A stretch of DNA of 55,642 nucleotides, counting the filler, from Squatina squatina (Eukaryota): the NCBI GenBank assembly GCA_031763465.1. It is 3 parts of 3 records of this genome, joined end to end, with 100 filler letters (N's around TTAATTAATTAA, not from the genome) between each part and the next. Parts side by side here need not be neighbours in the genome. Positions count along the whole stretch, not along the records: positions 20,481 to 40,845 come from JARFOE010000016.1; positions 40,946 to 55,642 come from JARFOE010000001.1; 1 more part is not named here. The stretch is one strand, 5' to 3'. This document shows positions 38,027 to 50,725 of the stretch, one piece after another. Numbering within the stretch: the stretch's first letter is position 1; every line of letters begins with the position of its first letter. A program made the position numbers and the translations under genes. The notes beneath the pieces were generated by a model. That model was not told the DNA's origin, ran no database searches, and saw nothing but the letters and a program-made list of their open reading frames with translations.

Positions 38027-38520
38027 GGGCCTGAAATCGCAGCCCCTGCAGGTGCGTACGAGGTGCGCATGCACCCGTAGTGACCACTCAAGTTCCAGGT
38101 TTAGGGATGCGAAGCTTATGTGCCTAAACTCGGAACTTGCGACACCCATCTGAATCTAAAGGGACTCCGTGGGCAGAGAGTTGGGCTATTTGCCCAACTC
38201 CTGCCCAGTGAATACCCTTAAATTCCTATGACTGAAAAAGCAGACGTAAGGCCTGCTTTTTCAGTGGTAAGATTTTTAAAGCACACAAAAATAATATTTT
38301 TCCAATAATTTAAACACTTTAAATTATGTTAAATAAGGTAAGTTTATTTTTAGACACTTTAAAATATATAAATTTATGCTTCAAAAATTAACATTTTTAT
38401 TTTAAATAATTAATTACATTCAATTTAAAAAATATATTTCAAGTGTTTTTGGGAGGGGCTTCCCTTCATAATTATGGTGGTTCCATATATATGGAATCAC
38501 CATAATTATGAATGGGAATC
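38027..38520. mobile_element. Half of a palindromic non-autonomous DNA transposon, ending in a 48-bp palindrome
   Basis: Starts GGGCCTGAAATCGC with a CpG-rich arm and an AT-rich interior, then the near-perfect palindrome 38465-38512. Confidence 0.5.
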
Positions 38521-38720
38521 TCTCTGAGGCAGTCCCTCGGGTTCGAGGACGACTTGCTTCCACTCCGGAGTTGTGGGTTCTGAGGTGGCTAAATAGTTCC
38601 ATGTGGGAACTACAGACACAGCCGCAGGTGGGGCAGGTGAGTCTTGAAGAGATGAGTGGCAGGGATGAGCGTGTTGCTGCACGCTCCTTCCTCTGCCAAC
38701 GTTTGTCCTCAGCATGGAGG
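38520..38720 (-). mobile_element. RTE-clade LINE 3' end with C2H2 zinc finger
   Basis: Minus-strand frame LHAEDKRWQRKERAATRSSLPLISSRLTCPTCGCVCSSHMELFSHLRTH (C-x2-C-x12-H-x3-H), characteristic of RTE ORF C-termini. Confidence 0.8.
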
Positions 38721-38859
38721 NNNNNNNNNNNNNNNNNNNNNNNNNNNNNNNNNNNNNNNNNNNNNNNNNNNNNNNNNNNNNNNNNNNNNNNNNNNNNNNN
38801 NNNNNNNNNNNNNNNNNNNNAATATATCTTTGCTGAAATTTGGTGCTCAAAAATGAACA

Positions 38860-39330
38860 CGGTACTCTAGATGGGGCCTGACCAAGGCTCTGTATAATTG
38901 ATGCATTACTTCCTCACTTTTGAATTCCAGGCCTCTTGAGATAAAGAGCAACATTCCGTATATCTTTTTGATTATACTTTGTATCTGTGCAGTTGCTTTA
39001 AAGGATCTGTTTTCTGATTTTTCTTTCATAGATTGAAAGTGGATAATTCCCACTGGTTCGTGAATCAATATCTAGAGGGCATAAATTTACAATCAGCACC
39101 AAAAAAGTGAAGGGAGAGTTTGGGAGAAGCTTTTTTTTGCACAGAATAAAATATCCTATCAGGAAAAGCGGTGGATGCAGAATCATAATCGATTATATGG
39201 AAGTGGATAAATGTTTGAAAACGACTTCAAATGGTGGTGAAATGGGACGAAATGGATAGCTCTTCCAGAGAGCTGACACAGACTTGATGGGCCAAATATC
39301 TTCCTCTAATTACACTTCTATAGTTCTATA
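38860..39330. mobile_element. Two degraded CR1 fragments (minus ~38860-39000; plus ~39040-39330)
   Basis: Minus frame ...FISRGLEFKSEEVMHQLYRALVRPHLEY. The plus strand shows tctagagggcataaattt... and a CR1-type tail. Confidence 0.75.
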
Positions 39331-40845
39331 TATTTCGTTCATGTTTCATTTAAAGTGGATTCTTCTTATTGTTCCTGTATTTTAAAAGCAAACCTCTGAT
39401 CTTTTTCATTCATGCTGTTAGTTAAATTGAATTCCAGCCAAACAGCATGTGCTTCCAATTGAACGGTGAATGGCTTTGTTATTAGAAACCAGAATTCACA
39501 CTGCGAGTGAAATCAGAGATATCAACGCTAGACAAGCCCAGGTGTGCGGTGTTGAGGCTTGATCCATATATCTGAGATGTTGACTCATCCAAAACATAAA
39601 ATTAAAAGCAGTGAATAATGTCTGCCATGTGGATTGCAGGGACCAACCAAGGGGCATTGATGTATTATCATCACTGTCCACTTTTTATGTTATTTTTTTT
39701 TCATTGCTTCCTCTTTCATTCTCCTTTTTTTTCAAAACATACTTTAATTATTTTGTCAGATACTTAACATTTTCCTTGCTATTCACACATGTGCACTTCA
39801 TTTTATCCACTTTTTTTTTTAAAGATTTCAATCTTTTGTTGCCTTTGTGTCTTACAATCTGTTTGGGAGACCGAGTCTTTTTTATGGTTTGTTCCCCAGG
39901 GGTTTTCTTTTTGCCATTTTTGATATTTGTTTTATTTGTATTCCTTTTGAAGAAGGTAAAATTCATGCGTGCAGGACTGAAAACAGTAATAACGTTAAAT
40001 ATCGAACGTGCAAGGAAAAAGTCCTTGAATTTTATTTGCAGCCGGTTTCTCTGAAATGTTTGCAAGAGTTCACAGTAGTTTGCTAAACAAGCATTGATAC
40101 TACATTCTGTAATTACTGCTGTGCCTATATTTCCCACACAGCTTGAATAAACAGATATTCCTTTATAACTTTACTTTTTGAAATCACCAGTTCCCATTGA
40201 ATTGTGCACAATGTGCTTGTTAAGTAAATGATTATTATAAGTCATTGGAGACATATTCAATTGAATTAACCCCTTTGTGTGTGAAAAATGGGTTCCTTCA
40301 TTTGCCTAAATTCTGCTTCTTTTGAGAATTTTTTCAAGCCTCAGCATTGACGATCCACCACATTAGCAAACTGTAACCTGAGAGCAGGGTCTTAGGAACA
40401 GCAGGACCCCTTTGGCCCCCATTGTTTTGCTAATCAAGATTATTGCCAGCATTGAAATGTGGAAGTATAGACTAGCTGACAAAATTTGTCAGCTTCCCAT
40501 GAAACAATTATGGCTGGTTAGTGAGGGGTGCTGGCAAATATTAACATATAAATGAACTTTTTTAAAGATGTAGAGAAAACATAAACAAAAAACTCCAGGC
40601 TATATTCAGATGAGATCGTTCTTGGCTCTGCATCTTGCCCTTTTAATCGTGTGAGTGCTGCTGTTAAAATGGAATTTGTTCAAAACTACTTTTAAGCAAT
40701 AAAGCAAAGAAGATTCACTCCCCTGCTGATAGCAACAGGAGATTGATTACGCCTGCAAAGAGGGAATGGTTTCATGAATGCAACTGCCAGACCTCCACAG
40801 CAGTGTGTTCTACATGCTAGTTACACTTTATAGCATGGGTTTCTG

Positions 40846-40945
40846 NNNNNNNNNNNNNNNNNNNNNNNNNNNNNNNNNNNNNNNNNNNNTTAATTAATTA
40901 ANNNNNNNNNNNNNNNNNNNNNNNNNNNNNNNNNNNNNNNNNNNN
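40846..40945. other. Artificial scaffold-joining linker
   Basis: 44 N + TTAATTAATTAA (40890-40901) + 44 N. Confidence 0.97.
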
Positions 40946-40974
40946 AAGTGTAGAGCCTCCTTCCCCTCTTCTAA

Positions 40975-41402
40975 AACTCTGCTGCATGTATACTGTACCC
41001 TTTCCTCACCAGCCTATACTGGCTTCCCACCTCTAATGCATTCAATTCAAAATCCTTGTCCTCCTTTATAAATCTAACCACTGCTTTGCCCCACCCTTTC
41101 TTTGAAATCTCCTCTAGCCCTATAATCTTTTCTGAAAGGACTGTTGCTCTAGCTCTGGCCTTACGTACATGCCCTTCCTTTTGACTCACCATGAGCGGCA
41201 GAGCTTTCAGTCACCTCAGTCCTGTCTTTGGAAATCGTTTCCTAAATCCATCTCTGCACCTCTAACTCCACTTATAAAGACCGACAGAAAACCCATCTTT
41301 TTGATCTAGCCTTCAGTAACTCTCCTAATCGCTTCCTTCCTTGCTCGGAATCAATTTTCATTAAACGTTAAAGATGCTGTGTAATTGCAAATTGTGGTTG
41401 TT
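40975..41402 (+). mobile_element. L2-type LINE 3' end
   Basis: cctatactggcttccc...attcaattcaaaatccttgtcctcctttataaatc (L-x-WLP...IQFKILVLLYK), then ggcagagctttcag (GRAFS), ending gctgtgtaattgcaaattgtggttgttg. Confidence 0.7.
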
Positions 41403-42341
41403 GAATAAGGGAGAGTCACATTAGCTAACATAGTGCAGTATCCAAAATGCCTGAACTACTGATTGCCTCTGACCCCATATAAACCTGTAAAATATCAGAA
41501 TGAAATATGCTAACGATTTCTCAAGTTTTTGCATTCCCAGGCAGGCATTAAGTAAGGCCGGAAACACAAAATTAAAATAACTTCCATTTCCCTTTGTGGG
41601 TGGTTGGGGTGGGGTTGGGGGTAGGGCGGTGAGGTTAAAAGTAGGGTCAGTAGCCTTTATTCCCTGCTTGTTCATACTGAAGGCACATTAGATCAGTCTG
41701 CTCTGGCGTTACATCATTCAATATTTAGCACCTGCATTAGTGGCGTCAAGACAAAGTGTGAGGTAATTGCTCATGCTTAGATAGGTGTAAAGTCTTGAAA
41801 ATGCAATAAAGTAATAAGTGACAGGTTGGACAATGCGGTAACTAATCTATTAAAAAAAATAGAAAACCATGATCTGTAAAAACAGCATTTATGAATCCAA
41901 TGATCAAAGGTATATCTGGAACAGCACAGAATGCAAGTACTATTTATATCTTAGAATTTCAGTGAGCCGCACCACAATTTTTTGGTTTTTTCACAACATT
42001 ATTTACTTAATATATGAAAAAGAACATTGAAAGCCAACAATATAAAAATATTTTATGCCTGATATCAAATTTTTTGTGATTTTCAACTGGAAACTTGTGC
42101 AACTTTAGAAACCAGTTTCACTTTGTTAAAAAGACAACATTTTAATTTTGATCACAATCTAAACAGACAAACTAAAGGTCACCAGGTCTGATAGCATGCC
42201 CAACTTGCAACCACCATTAAAATGGAGATACTAATTATATTAAGATAAATACTTGATATACATACTATTACTTATTTGTGTGTGTTTGTATGTGTGTGTG
42301 TGTATATATACGTATAAAATGCTTTAAAAGCCACACAATCA

Positions 42342-42512
<171 letters not shown>

Positions 42513-43766
42513 TCAGTCAACCATCACAGTATAAATTAAAGTATCCAAAGCCAAGTTGAAAATAACTATTACATTCATAGACTAAAGACTGTAGACTGAA
42601 AGCTAATGGCTTATACATGTATTTAGAATGGCTCATTGGCAACCGATAATTTCAGAGTGATCAACATTGAACTATAATTTTCTATCTGAATTTGCTCTAG
42701 TTGTATTTTTTGTCATTGGTGAAACAGGAACAAGATGACCGATATTTTCTTCATGAAGTAGAATCTGAGCAGTACTTCCATCAGTGACATTATATTTGTC
42801 TTGTAGTGGTGGTCAAAAAGATTTGCTAATGGCATACATTGGCAATTTCTTCTTATTTCCTACCCCATCAGCACAGACAAGAAGTTACATCAATAGGTTG
42901 CACCAGGCTACAAGTCAGTAGAAGCTTTCCTTCTGTTGCCTCAGCTGCCACTATCAATAGAGAAAAGACCAACGTGAAGCTGGCCTTATCTTTGTCCTTA
43001 TTCATTTAATATACCAGCTTTCCCTTATTTATTTAATACACCGGATATCTAGGATATTTTAAAAATTGATCCAATTCTGCAGTACAGGGTGCAATTCAAA
43101 AGACTAAATGACCTGCCTTAATATCCTGTTCTAATTTGAAGAACAAATGCTGCCAACTGGGGGAAGAAAGCAAGCTCAGCAATTAAGACAATGGGGAGTT
43201 GGAACTCCTCATCCAATACCAAATTCATGCTGTACTTTTGGAACACAAACACCTCAAATCATTGAAACTCAAGCTTCCACTGCTTAACCACCAAGGTTTA
43301 GTCCTTGCAGCAACCAGAACTGGAACTGAACCAGTACAGAAGTGGGTTTAAATTTGAGCCTGGCACTGTGTACTGTCCTAGCACATGATGTAAATTTGTA
43401 TTGTCTGTGCGTGGTCCCTACAAAGCTGGTCTGAAGTACCAGTTCTGTGCACGATTTAAATAGAAGGGGAATAAAGCATTTAGTGCCTTGAAGGAAAATG
43501 GCACAGAATTAGATGGATTCAATACCAAGAGACACAGCTAGAATGTAAAAAAGGCATCAAAATTGCCTTCAATCAACAAGAGAAAAATATTGAATGGGAT
43601 ATGATAAGAGAAGTGAAGGATAATAATGAAAAGTTTTTTTTCGTGATGGTAAGAGAAAAAGGTAAANNNNNNNNNNNNNNNNNNNNNNNNNNNNNNNNNN
43701 NNNNNNNNNNNNNNNNNNNNNNNNNNNNNNNNNNNNNNNNNNNNNNNNNNNNNNNNNNNNNNNNNN

Positions 43767-43960
43767 TGCTTGTGTCGACTCTTTTAAAGAGCTATCCAAT
43801 TAGTCCCACTCCCCTGCTCTTTCCCTGTGCACACTAATCCTGCAATTTGTTTCCCCTGTAGTCCTGCAAATTCTTTTCCTTTTCAAGTGAATATCCAATT
43901 CCCTTTAATATTGAATCTGCTTTCACCACCCTTTCAGGCAATGAATTCCAGATCATAACA
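43767..43960 (-). mobile_element. CR1 3' fragment
   Basis: Minus frame VMIWNSLPERVVKADSI. Reverse-complemented CR1 tail. Confidence 0.7.
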
Positions 43961-44127
43961 CTTATGTTAAGAGCACTGTATAAATGCAAGCTATTGCTGT
44001 TACTATTGTCACCCCAAGGACAAATGATAATAAACACTTAAACATCATTTCTGAATATGTAAGGTTTTGAAAATAAAACAAAATAGTCAACAATTTTGTT
44101 AAAATCCAAGGATTAAAAGGGCCTTAC

Positions 44128-44378
44128 CTGATTCCGGTCTCGAGCATTTGCATATCTGAACCTCTGGATATAGTAGAAGACTAACCAGGCCAGCGAAATG
44201 ATCATTAACACAATGAATGAGATTGACACAAATACAACTGAGGTACGGCTGACATATTTTTGTAAATTACGTGTTCCAATTGTTATGTACATCATTATGG
44301 TGACATTCCTTTCAAGTAGGCTCATAATCTCACGTCCTTTCAGCTCAGGAATCATAATGGCTACAATGTCTCCTGCAC
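44128..44378 (-). CDS. RNF150: RNF150 exon (end of PA domain plus transmembrane helix)
   Basis: Acceptor ttctgttttgcag|GT and donor CAG|gtaagg; 251 nt, phase 1-0. Reads [84 protein letters not shown]. The [14 protein letters not shown] segment matches RNF150 rather than RNF130/149 as I recall them. Confidence 0.94.
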
Positions 44379-44632
44379 CTGCAAAACAGAAAATGAGAAA
44401 TGCTAAAACTGAATTGCTAATGCAGTTTACAGTCGCTTTTATTTTTCTAGGTCATCAACTGAACAATCATTTTGAACCCTGGATTACCACAATGTATTGT
44501 TATTTTGATTTTCAAGTTTTGCCACAATGTCTGTATAACGTTAGCATGTGAAAACAACTAGCAATTTGTTTGTTAACCCCCACTCCTTTGCCTGTCAGTG
44601 CTTTAAAACGTGCTGTATTTCTGGCTTTTTTC

Positions 44633-44669
44633 AGTTCTGACGAAGGGTCATCGACCCGAAACGTTGACT
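44633..44669 (+). ncRNA. Minimal type I hammerhead ribozyme motif of Penelope-like-element type
   Basis: AGTT-CTGACGA-A-GGGTC-ATC-GACCC-GAAAC-GTT-GACT: stem I AGTT/GACT (one G-U pair), core CUGACGA, 5-bp stem II, GAAA, palindromic AACGTT in place of stem III, predicted NUH triplet GUU. Confidence 0.75.
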
Positions 44670-44829
44670 CTGTTTTTCTCTCCACAGNNNNNNNNNNNNN
44701 NNNNNNNNNNNNNNNNNNNNNNNNNNNNNNNNNNNNNNNNNNNNNNNNNNNNNNNNNNNNNNNNNNNNNNNNNNNNNNNNNNNNNNNTGGAAGCAGACCT
44801 TGACGTATTTAGTGAAGTGTGTATTGTAG

Positions 44830-45000
<171 letters not shown>

Positions 45001-46929
45001 TAGTTGGAGGAGTTTTCTGTTCAGACATTTTTATGCCTGTGATTTTTCATTGACATACAGTGCGCCTACCTTGCCTGTATTTTGATTTTTCTTGAGCACT
45101 AGAAATTTGGAGTCCATTTCTGCATGGTTTTTTTTAATCATTTAAGTTGAACCAGTTTGCTGTGCTTCACTTACTGAATTTAGTGCAGGTTTTAAATTAG
45201 CCCACTATCAAAGAATTGCTAGGAAAAAGATTCTAATTAAGTTTAAGAAGACCGTGGACAAGATTGTTCTTGTATGCATATTACGGATGTGCAAGTGCTG
45301 AATGCAAGGTTTGTGTTGTCGTATTGCGCAACTGATAATCTGTAGAAATTGTGCCTGACCCAAGAACAATATTGAAAATGTATTTAAAAAAAAAATTATT
45401 TGTTAGTAATGGTGAACAATAAACATTAGTTTCCTAATGCTAAACTGCTTAAAATATTGGTGGACAGGAAGACAATGATATCCTTTTTCTCTTTCTCCCC
45501 CTCTTAGGGAGCAGTTTGTGATTTTTGTGAGGCCTGGGTGTGTCATGGGNNNNNNNNNNNNNNNNNNNNNNNNNNNNNNNNNNNNNNNNNNNNNNNNNNN
45601 NNNNNNNNNNNNNNNNNNNNNNNNNNNNNNNNNNNNNNNNNNNNNNNNNCTGAAGTGTAATGGGCGTGTGTGTTTAATATGGAGTAAAGAATTCCTGAAG
45701 TGTGCTGGAACCCTATGAGCAGTTTTTTTTTTAAATAGAGACCACTCCTATTGGTATGGGTAGTGATCATTAACAATGAGAATAAATGGTGTTTGATTTT
45801 CAATTTACACTGGTCTATGGAGATTAGTTCTGGTTGAGTTGTTGCCTTTTTTTTGGTCTAATTCTGGATTCAACATGGGAAAACACTGATATGTGAACTG
45901 CACAGGCTTTCATTTTGTATATACTTGTTTTTCAGATGCATTAACTGTTGTACGTCTAATGCAGAGCAATGATGTATGGATGATGCTGCTGGGTTAGGAT
46001 CAAAGTCATTATGTGCAGTTCTCTTTATTAGGCCAGAAAGGTCAAGGTTGCTTTTTGCTTAATACATCCACCTACACTTGTATTAAATAAATGTTAAAAT
46101 GAGGCATTAAAGAAAAAATGAGTAATTTTGCACAACTATTTTTCTTTTTATATGTATTTTATTTTTTCTCTGCAGAGAAGGCAAGTGAAGCGAGTTTGTT
46201 TCTACTGTTACCTTCATCTTAGCTTGGACTGCCATATTTTCACATTCATAAACTCTGAGACTGGGATTTCTCTGCTCTTACTATGGTAACTTTTTTTGTA
46301 TTTATGGATACCTGTTTATCATAATGAAATGTGCAATAATACTATATAAAACACTTATTAAAGTACTAAAGTGCCTTGTATTGTACAATCTCGACATTTG
46401 CTGCATAAGTTGCACCTATCTCTAATCTCGAGGATAGTCGGTTACCTATGATGCTGTTTTATGAGAGAGAATATAAACTTTCTTTCCCTCTTAATAGAGA
46501 TACCTCCGTTGCAGTCAGTGACTTTAGATGACTTTGCAGTACTTTGACATCCTGTGGAGAAATTAGTTCGAAGACCAGGGGAGTAGTTTCAGACTTTTGA
46601 TGCAAGATTAAATCCTAATTAAATCAAAGATGCATAAAAGAACTTAACGATTTACTTAATAAACCACTCCGTGATATTGGGCATACAGTTTGAAGGCTGA
46701 ATGAGTTATGCAGAACCGACTTTCTCAGTGGTTTATTCTCCTTATCCACCAAATACTATTCTTTTATTTTTTTGTACCCCACATCAACTGATTTTAGGTT
46801 TTTATGTGTGAGTGTGTTGTCCTACACACTTATTTTGTTTTATTTATTTGTAGAAGTATTACTCTGTGTGGGTTGTAAGCGGGTGAGGCTAAAACAGTGG
46901 TATGGCCTCCTGCCTGAGCTATCTTACCC

Positions 46930-47227
46930 TATGTGAGACAGAAGTGTTCAACTGAATCTATCTTGAATCAATTTGTCTCTGGCTCCTCTAGCAGGGTTCC
47001 TGTGAGCTCAACGTCTTCTGCCTCCTTCCTCATTCTCCTGAGGGCATTGTGCCGCATCCTCCTGAAGTCCCGCAGGATCTTCCTCCCACTGCTGATCCTC
47101 ATCCTCCTGTGCTTCCTGATGGTCTCTCTCATGATTCTCCACACCTGTGGGCTGTGCCTGCATAATGGCACGGTTGTGCGACAGGCAGCACATGATGGTG
47201 AACTTGGAGACCCAGTTTGGCGAGTAC
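46930..47227 (-). mobile_element. PIF/Harbinger transposase (HARBI1-like) C-terminal fragment
   Basis: Minus frame YSPNWVSKFTIMCCLSHNRAIMQAQP followed by an acidic tail. Matches the HARBI1-family C-terminal YSPExxxxIIxACCxLHN motif. Confidence 0.72.
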
Positions 47228-47327
47228 NNNNNNNNNNNNNNNNNNNNNNNNNNNNNNNNNNNNNNNNNNNNNNNNNNNNNNNNNNNNNNNNNNNNNNNNN
47301 NNNNNNNNNNNNNNNNNNNNNNNNNNN

Positions 47328-47670
47328 GTAACATTATTGGTTAAAGAATCATATACAGTTGTGAGAAGGGATGCTATGCTAAATGGATCATCAAACAAGG
47401 CCGTATGGGTTGAGCTAAGAAATAAAAAAGGGACAGTCACACTACTAGGGGTGCACTATAGACCCCCAAATAGTGTGAGAGAGATAGAAGAACAAATATG
47501 TAGGCAAATTTCTGACTGCAAAAACAGTAGGGGACTTCAACTACCCTAACATTAACTGGGATTCAAACAGTGAGAGGGGCACAGAGGGCGCACAATTCTT
47601 GAACTGTGTCCAGGAGAACTTTTTTTTAAGCCAGTACATGACAAGTCCAAGAGGGGATGCAATTCTAGAT
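47328..47670 (+). mobile_element. CR1 ORF2 apurinic endonuclease fragment (frameshifted)
   Basis: VTLLVKE...AVWVELRNKKG.VTLLGVHYRPPNS..., then GDFNYPNINW...FLNCVQENF in a shifted frame. Confidence 0.9.
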
Positions 47671-48115
47671 ACTGGGTGCCCAATTCGCGGGTAAACTTTT
47701 GGCGCGAAATCAGCGCGAAACGGGTATTCATGCACTTTGAGCGTGAAAAGCTGGCGCAAAATTCGGTTCCGGTTCGCGCCGGCGCAAAACAGGCGCAAGG
47801 CCTTTAAGGCTCCAAGCTCTAGCTGTAACCAAAATGGCTGCCCGTCCGAAATTCAGCAGTGTTAGTGTGCACTAAATCCAGCGGTGACAACGCCTGCATT
47901 TTTCAGCGGTGACACGGGCCTCAGCACAGAGAATCCAGTGCAAGGGCAGGCAGACAGGACCTGCCTGCTGTCTGAACTGAGCAGTGAGCAGGGCTGTGTG
48001 GGAGACATGCATCTGGAAGCAATTAAGTGGGCTATAAAGAAGCACTTAAGTCAACTGAGGAATTAAGTGGGCTGAGAGGTTGGAAGCAAACTGTGGAATT
48101 TGCATGCACACCACG
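47671..48115. mobile_element. CpG-rich DNA-transposon-like insertion truncating the CR1 endonuclease
   Basis: CR1 similarity stops at ...GGGGATGCAATTCTAGAT (47670) and is replaced by GGGTGCCCAATTCGCG..., which has dense unmutated CpGs and repeated GGCGC(A/G)AA motifs. Confidence 0.55.
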
Positions 48116-48279
48116 NNNNNNNNNNNNNNNNNNNNNNNNNNNNNNNNNNNNNNNNNNNNNNNNNNNNNNNNNNNNNNNNNNNNNNNNNNNNNNNNNNNNN
48201 NNNNNNNNNNNNNNNGTGAGAACTTCGGAACAGTGGAAGAACTAGTAGACTGCTGGGTGTATGTTATTGGCGACCAAAT

Positions 48280-49585
48280 AATTGAATAGAGATAGAGGAT
48301 CAAAGATGCAGGAAAATTACAGAAAGGTGTGAGAACTACAGAGTAGTGATAATGGGGGTCATCAATATTCCTAACACAGTCTGGGAAAATAAAAGTTTAA
48401 ATAGAAAGAGTGGGAGAAATTCCAGAAATGTGTACAAGAGAACTTTCTTAATCAGTATGTTTCCATCCCATCGAGGAAGGAAACAGTGCTGCATCTAGTT
48501 CTGGGGCTAGAATTGGGGAAAATTGAGCATGTTTCATTGGGGGAGCATTTCGGAAACAGTATTCGCAAGAGCATTACATTTAGGATAGTTAAGGGAAATG
48601 ACAGAAAAATCAAATGCAAAAATGTGCGACTGGAGGAGGGCTAATTTCAATGAATTGAAACGTGATTTGACCAGGTGGTTTGGAATCAAAGATTGGCAGG
48701 CAAAACAGCAATGAGCAATGGAAGGTCTTCCAAGAGGAGATTGATTCACAAGATACATTCTGACAGTGGGAAAAAGGAATTACAACTAAAGCCAGATCTC
48801 ACCGTGTGACTAAAGAAATAGAGATAAAATGAAAAAGGATATTGAGGATGATGATAAGTGTCAGCTTCATATCTCAACTGAGAACCAAGGTGAAGACATA
48901 AAGTACAGGGGAGAACTTAATAAAAGGAGATAACAGGGAGAAAGCGTAACTGGAAATAGATTATCAGGTATCTTAAGAGGGAACCAGACATTCTTTTATA
49001 AACATATAAATAGTAAAATGTAAGTCAAAGGAATGGCGGGGCCAATTAGGAACCAAAATGACGATCGTCTTGTGGTAACAAAGGGCATTGATGAGGTACT
49101 AAATAAAAAATATGCATCTGTCTTCACTAAAGAAGAGGATGCTGCCGATGTCTCAGCAAAGGCGGAGGCAGTGGAGACATTCGATAGGACCAAACCAGAA
49201 AAAGACGAGGTACTTCAAATATTATGAGGGTTCGAGATAGAGTGGTGAGGAAGGTCCCATTCTCCCTGGCTGAGGAGTCAATAACAAGGGGGCAGAGGCT
49301 CAATGTAATTGGCAGGATATTTTGAGGGGCTTTAACGTGAATTGTTTTCCTGCAGAGGGTGGTGGGGATCGGAAACTCACTGCCTGAAGGGGTGGTAATG
49401 GCATAAACTCTCATGTCTTTTAAAAAGTCCCTGGATGTACACTTGAAGTGAAGTAACTTACAACACTTTGGACTAAGAGAGGGACAGTGGGATTCGTCTG
49501 GATAGCTCTTTTTTTGGCCTGCACAGAGACGATGTGCCAAATGGTCTCCTTTCGTGCTGTTAATTTCTATGATTTTATGATTCTG
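48280..49585 (+). mobile_element. Degraded CR1 ORF2 (endonuclease-RT linker) joined to a CR1 3' end
   Basis: RVVIMG-like and QENFLNQYV motifs, and EVLNKKYASVFTKEE. 49230-49585 is a CR1 3' end (RVVGIGNSLPEGVV; tail ttctatgattttatgattct). Many stops. Confidence 0.8.
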
Positions 49586-49799
49586 CAATTATATAAGAAC
49601 CACATAGAATCTATTGCGGGGGGCCAGGGAGAAACGCAGAGAATGTGTGGAGAGATCACAGTAAAGGGACAACACAATATAAGTAGCATCATGAAAGAGA
49701 AAATAGAGACAGACCGATAGATGTGTCCAAAGAAAATGATGGTGAAGAGAACATTTACAAAAAAGATCAAAACGCTCAGGCATTTTTCACCATCGTCGT

Positions 49800-50725
49800 T
49801 GTATGTGTGTCTCATTTGTCTGTGTGTTTCAGCCTGTCAATATGTGTTTGTGTGTGCGCCAGTGTTTGCCTGTGTGTCTGCTTGCATGTCTGTGTGTTTA
49901 TCTGACAGTGTGCCTGTGTACATGACTACGTGTCTTATGTGTGTCAGTGTGCATGTTGTCCATGTGTGTGCTTGTTTTGGTGTGTCTATGTGCTTGTGTG
50001 TGCGTGGCTGTGTGTATGTGTGTGTGTTTGTGTGTGTATATTTCTGTGCATGTGTCTGTGTGTCTGTCTAAGTCTGTGTGTGTATCTGTTTCTGTTTCTG
50101 TTAATTTGTTTCCTTTGAGTCTGTGTGTGTGTGTCTGTGTGTCTCTGTGTGCGGGTGCCAGTTCAATTCTGATACAACAACGTTTGATGAATTAGCATTT
50201 ATTTGTTTGTTAATGTGTATGTCTGAGTGCATGTCTCTGTCAGTGTGATTTATGTGTGTGCCTGCGTTTCTGTGGCAGTCTGTCTATTTGTGTGCATCTG
50301 TGTGTGTTTATGGCTGAGTGTGTGACTGCATGTGGGTATTCATGTGTGTTCGTGTGCGTGTCTTTATGTGGGTGTGTCTGTAGTGAATGTGTGTGTCTGT
50401 GTGTGTACGTGTTTATATGTGAGTTTGTGTGTGTCTGTTTTGTGTGTGTGTACATGTGACTGTGTGTATTTGTGTGAGTATGTGTATGTATGTGTGTGTC
50501 TACTTGTGTATCTGTGTATGTGTGTGTGTATGTTTGTACGTTAGTATGTGTGATTGTGTGCATTTGTGTGAGTGGGTGTGTGTGTTTGTACGGGTGTATG
50601 TGTGAGTCTGTGTATTTGTGTGAGTGTCTGTTTTGGGTGTGTGATTGTGTGCATTTGTGTGAGTGGGTGTATGTATGTGTGTGTGATTGTGTGTATTTGT
50701 GTGTGTGTGTGTGCGTGCGTGCGCG
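49800..50725. repeat. Long degenerate (TG)n/(CA)n microsatellite-like tract
   Basis: About 930 bp dominated by TG dinucleotides with interspersed substitutions. Accounts for the C/V-rich and H/T-rich ORFs. Confidence 0.95.

Noticed and set aside
39611-40137. Overlapping F-rich and K-rich ORFs on both strands
   Set aside because: Products of T-rich low-complexity intronic DNA.
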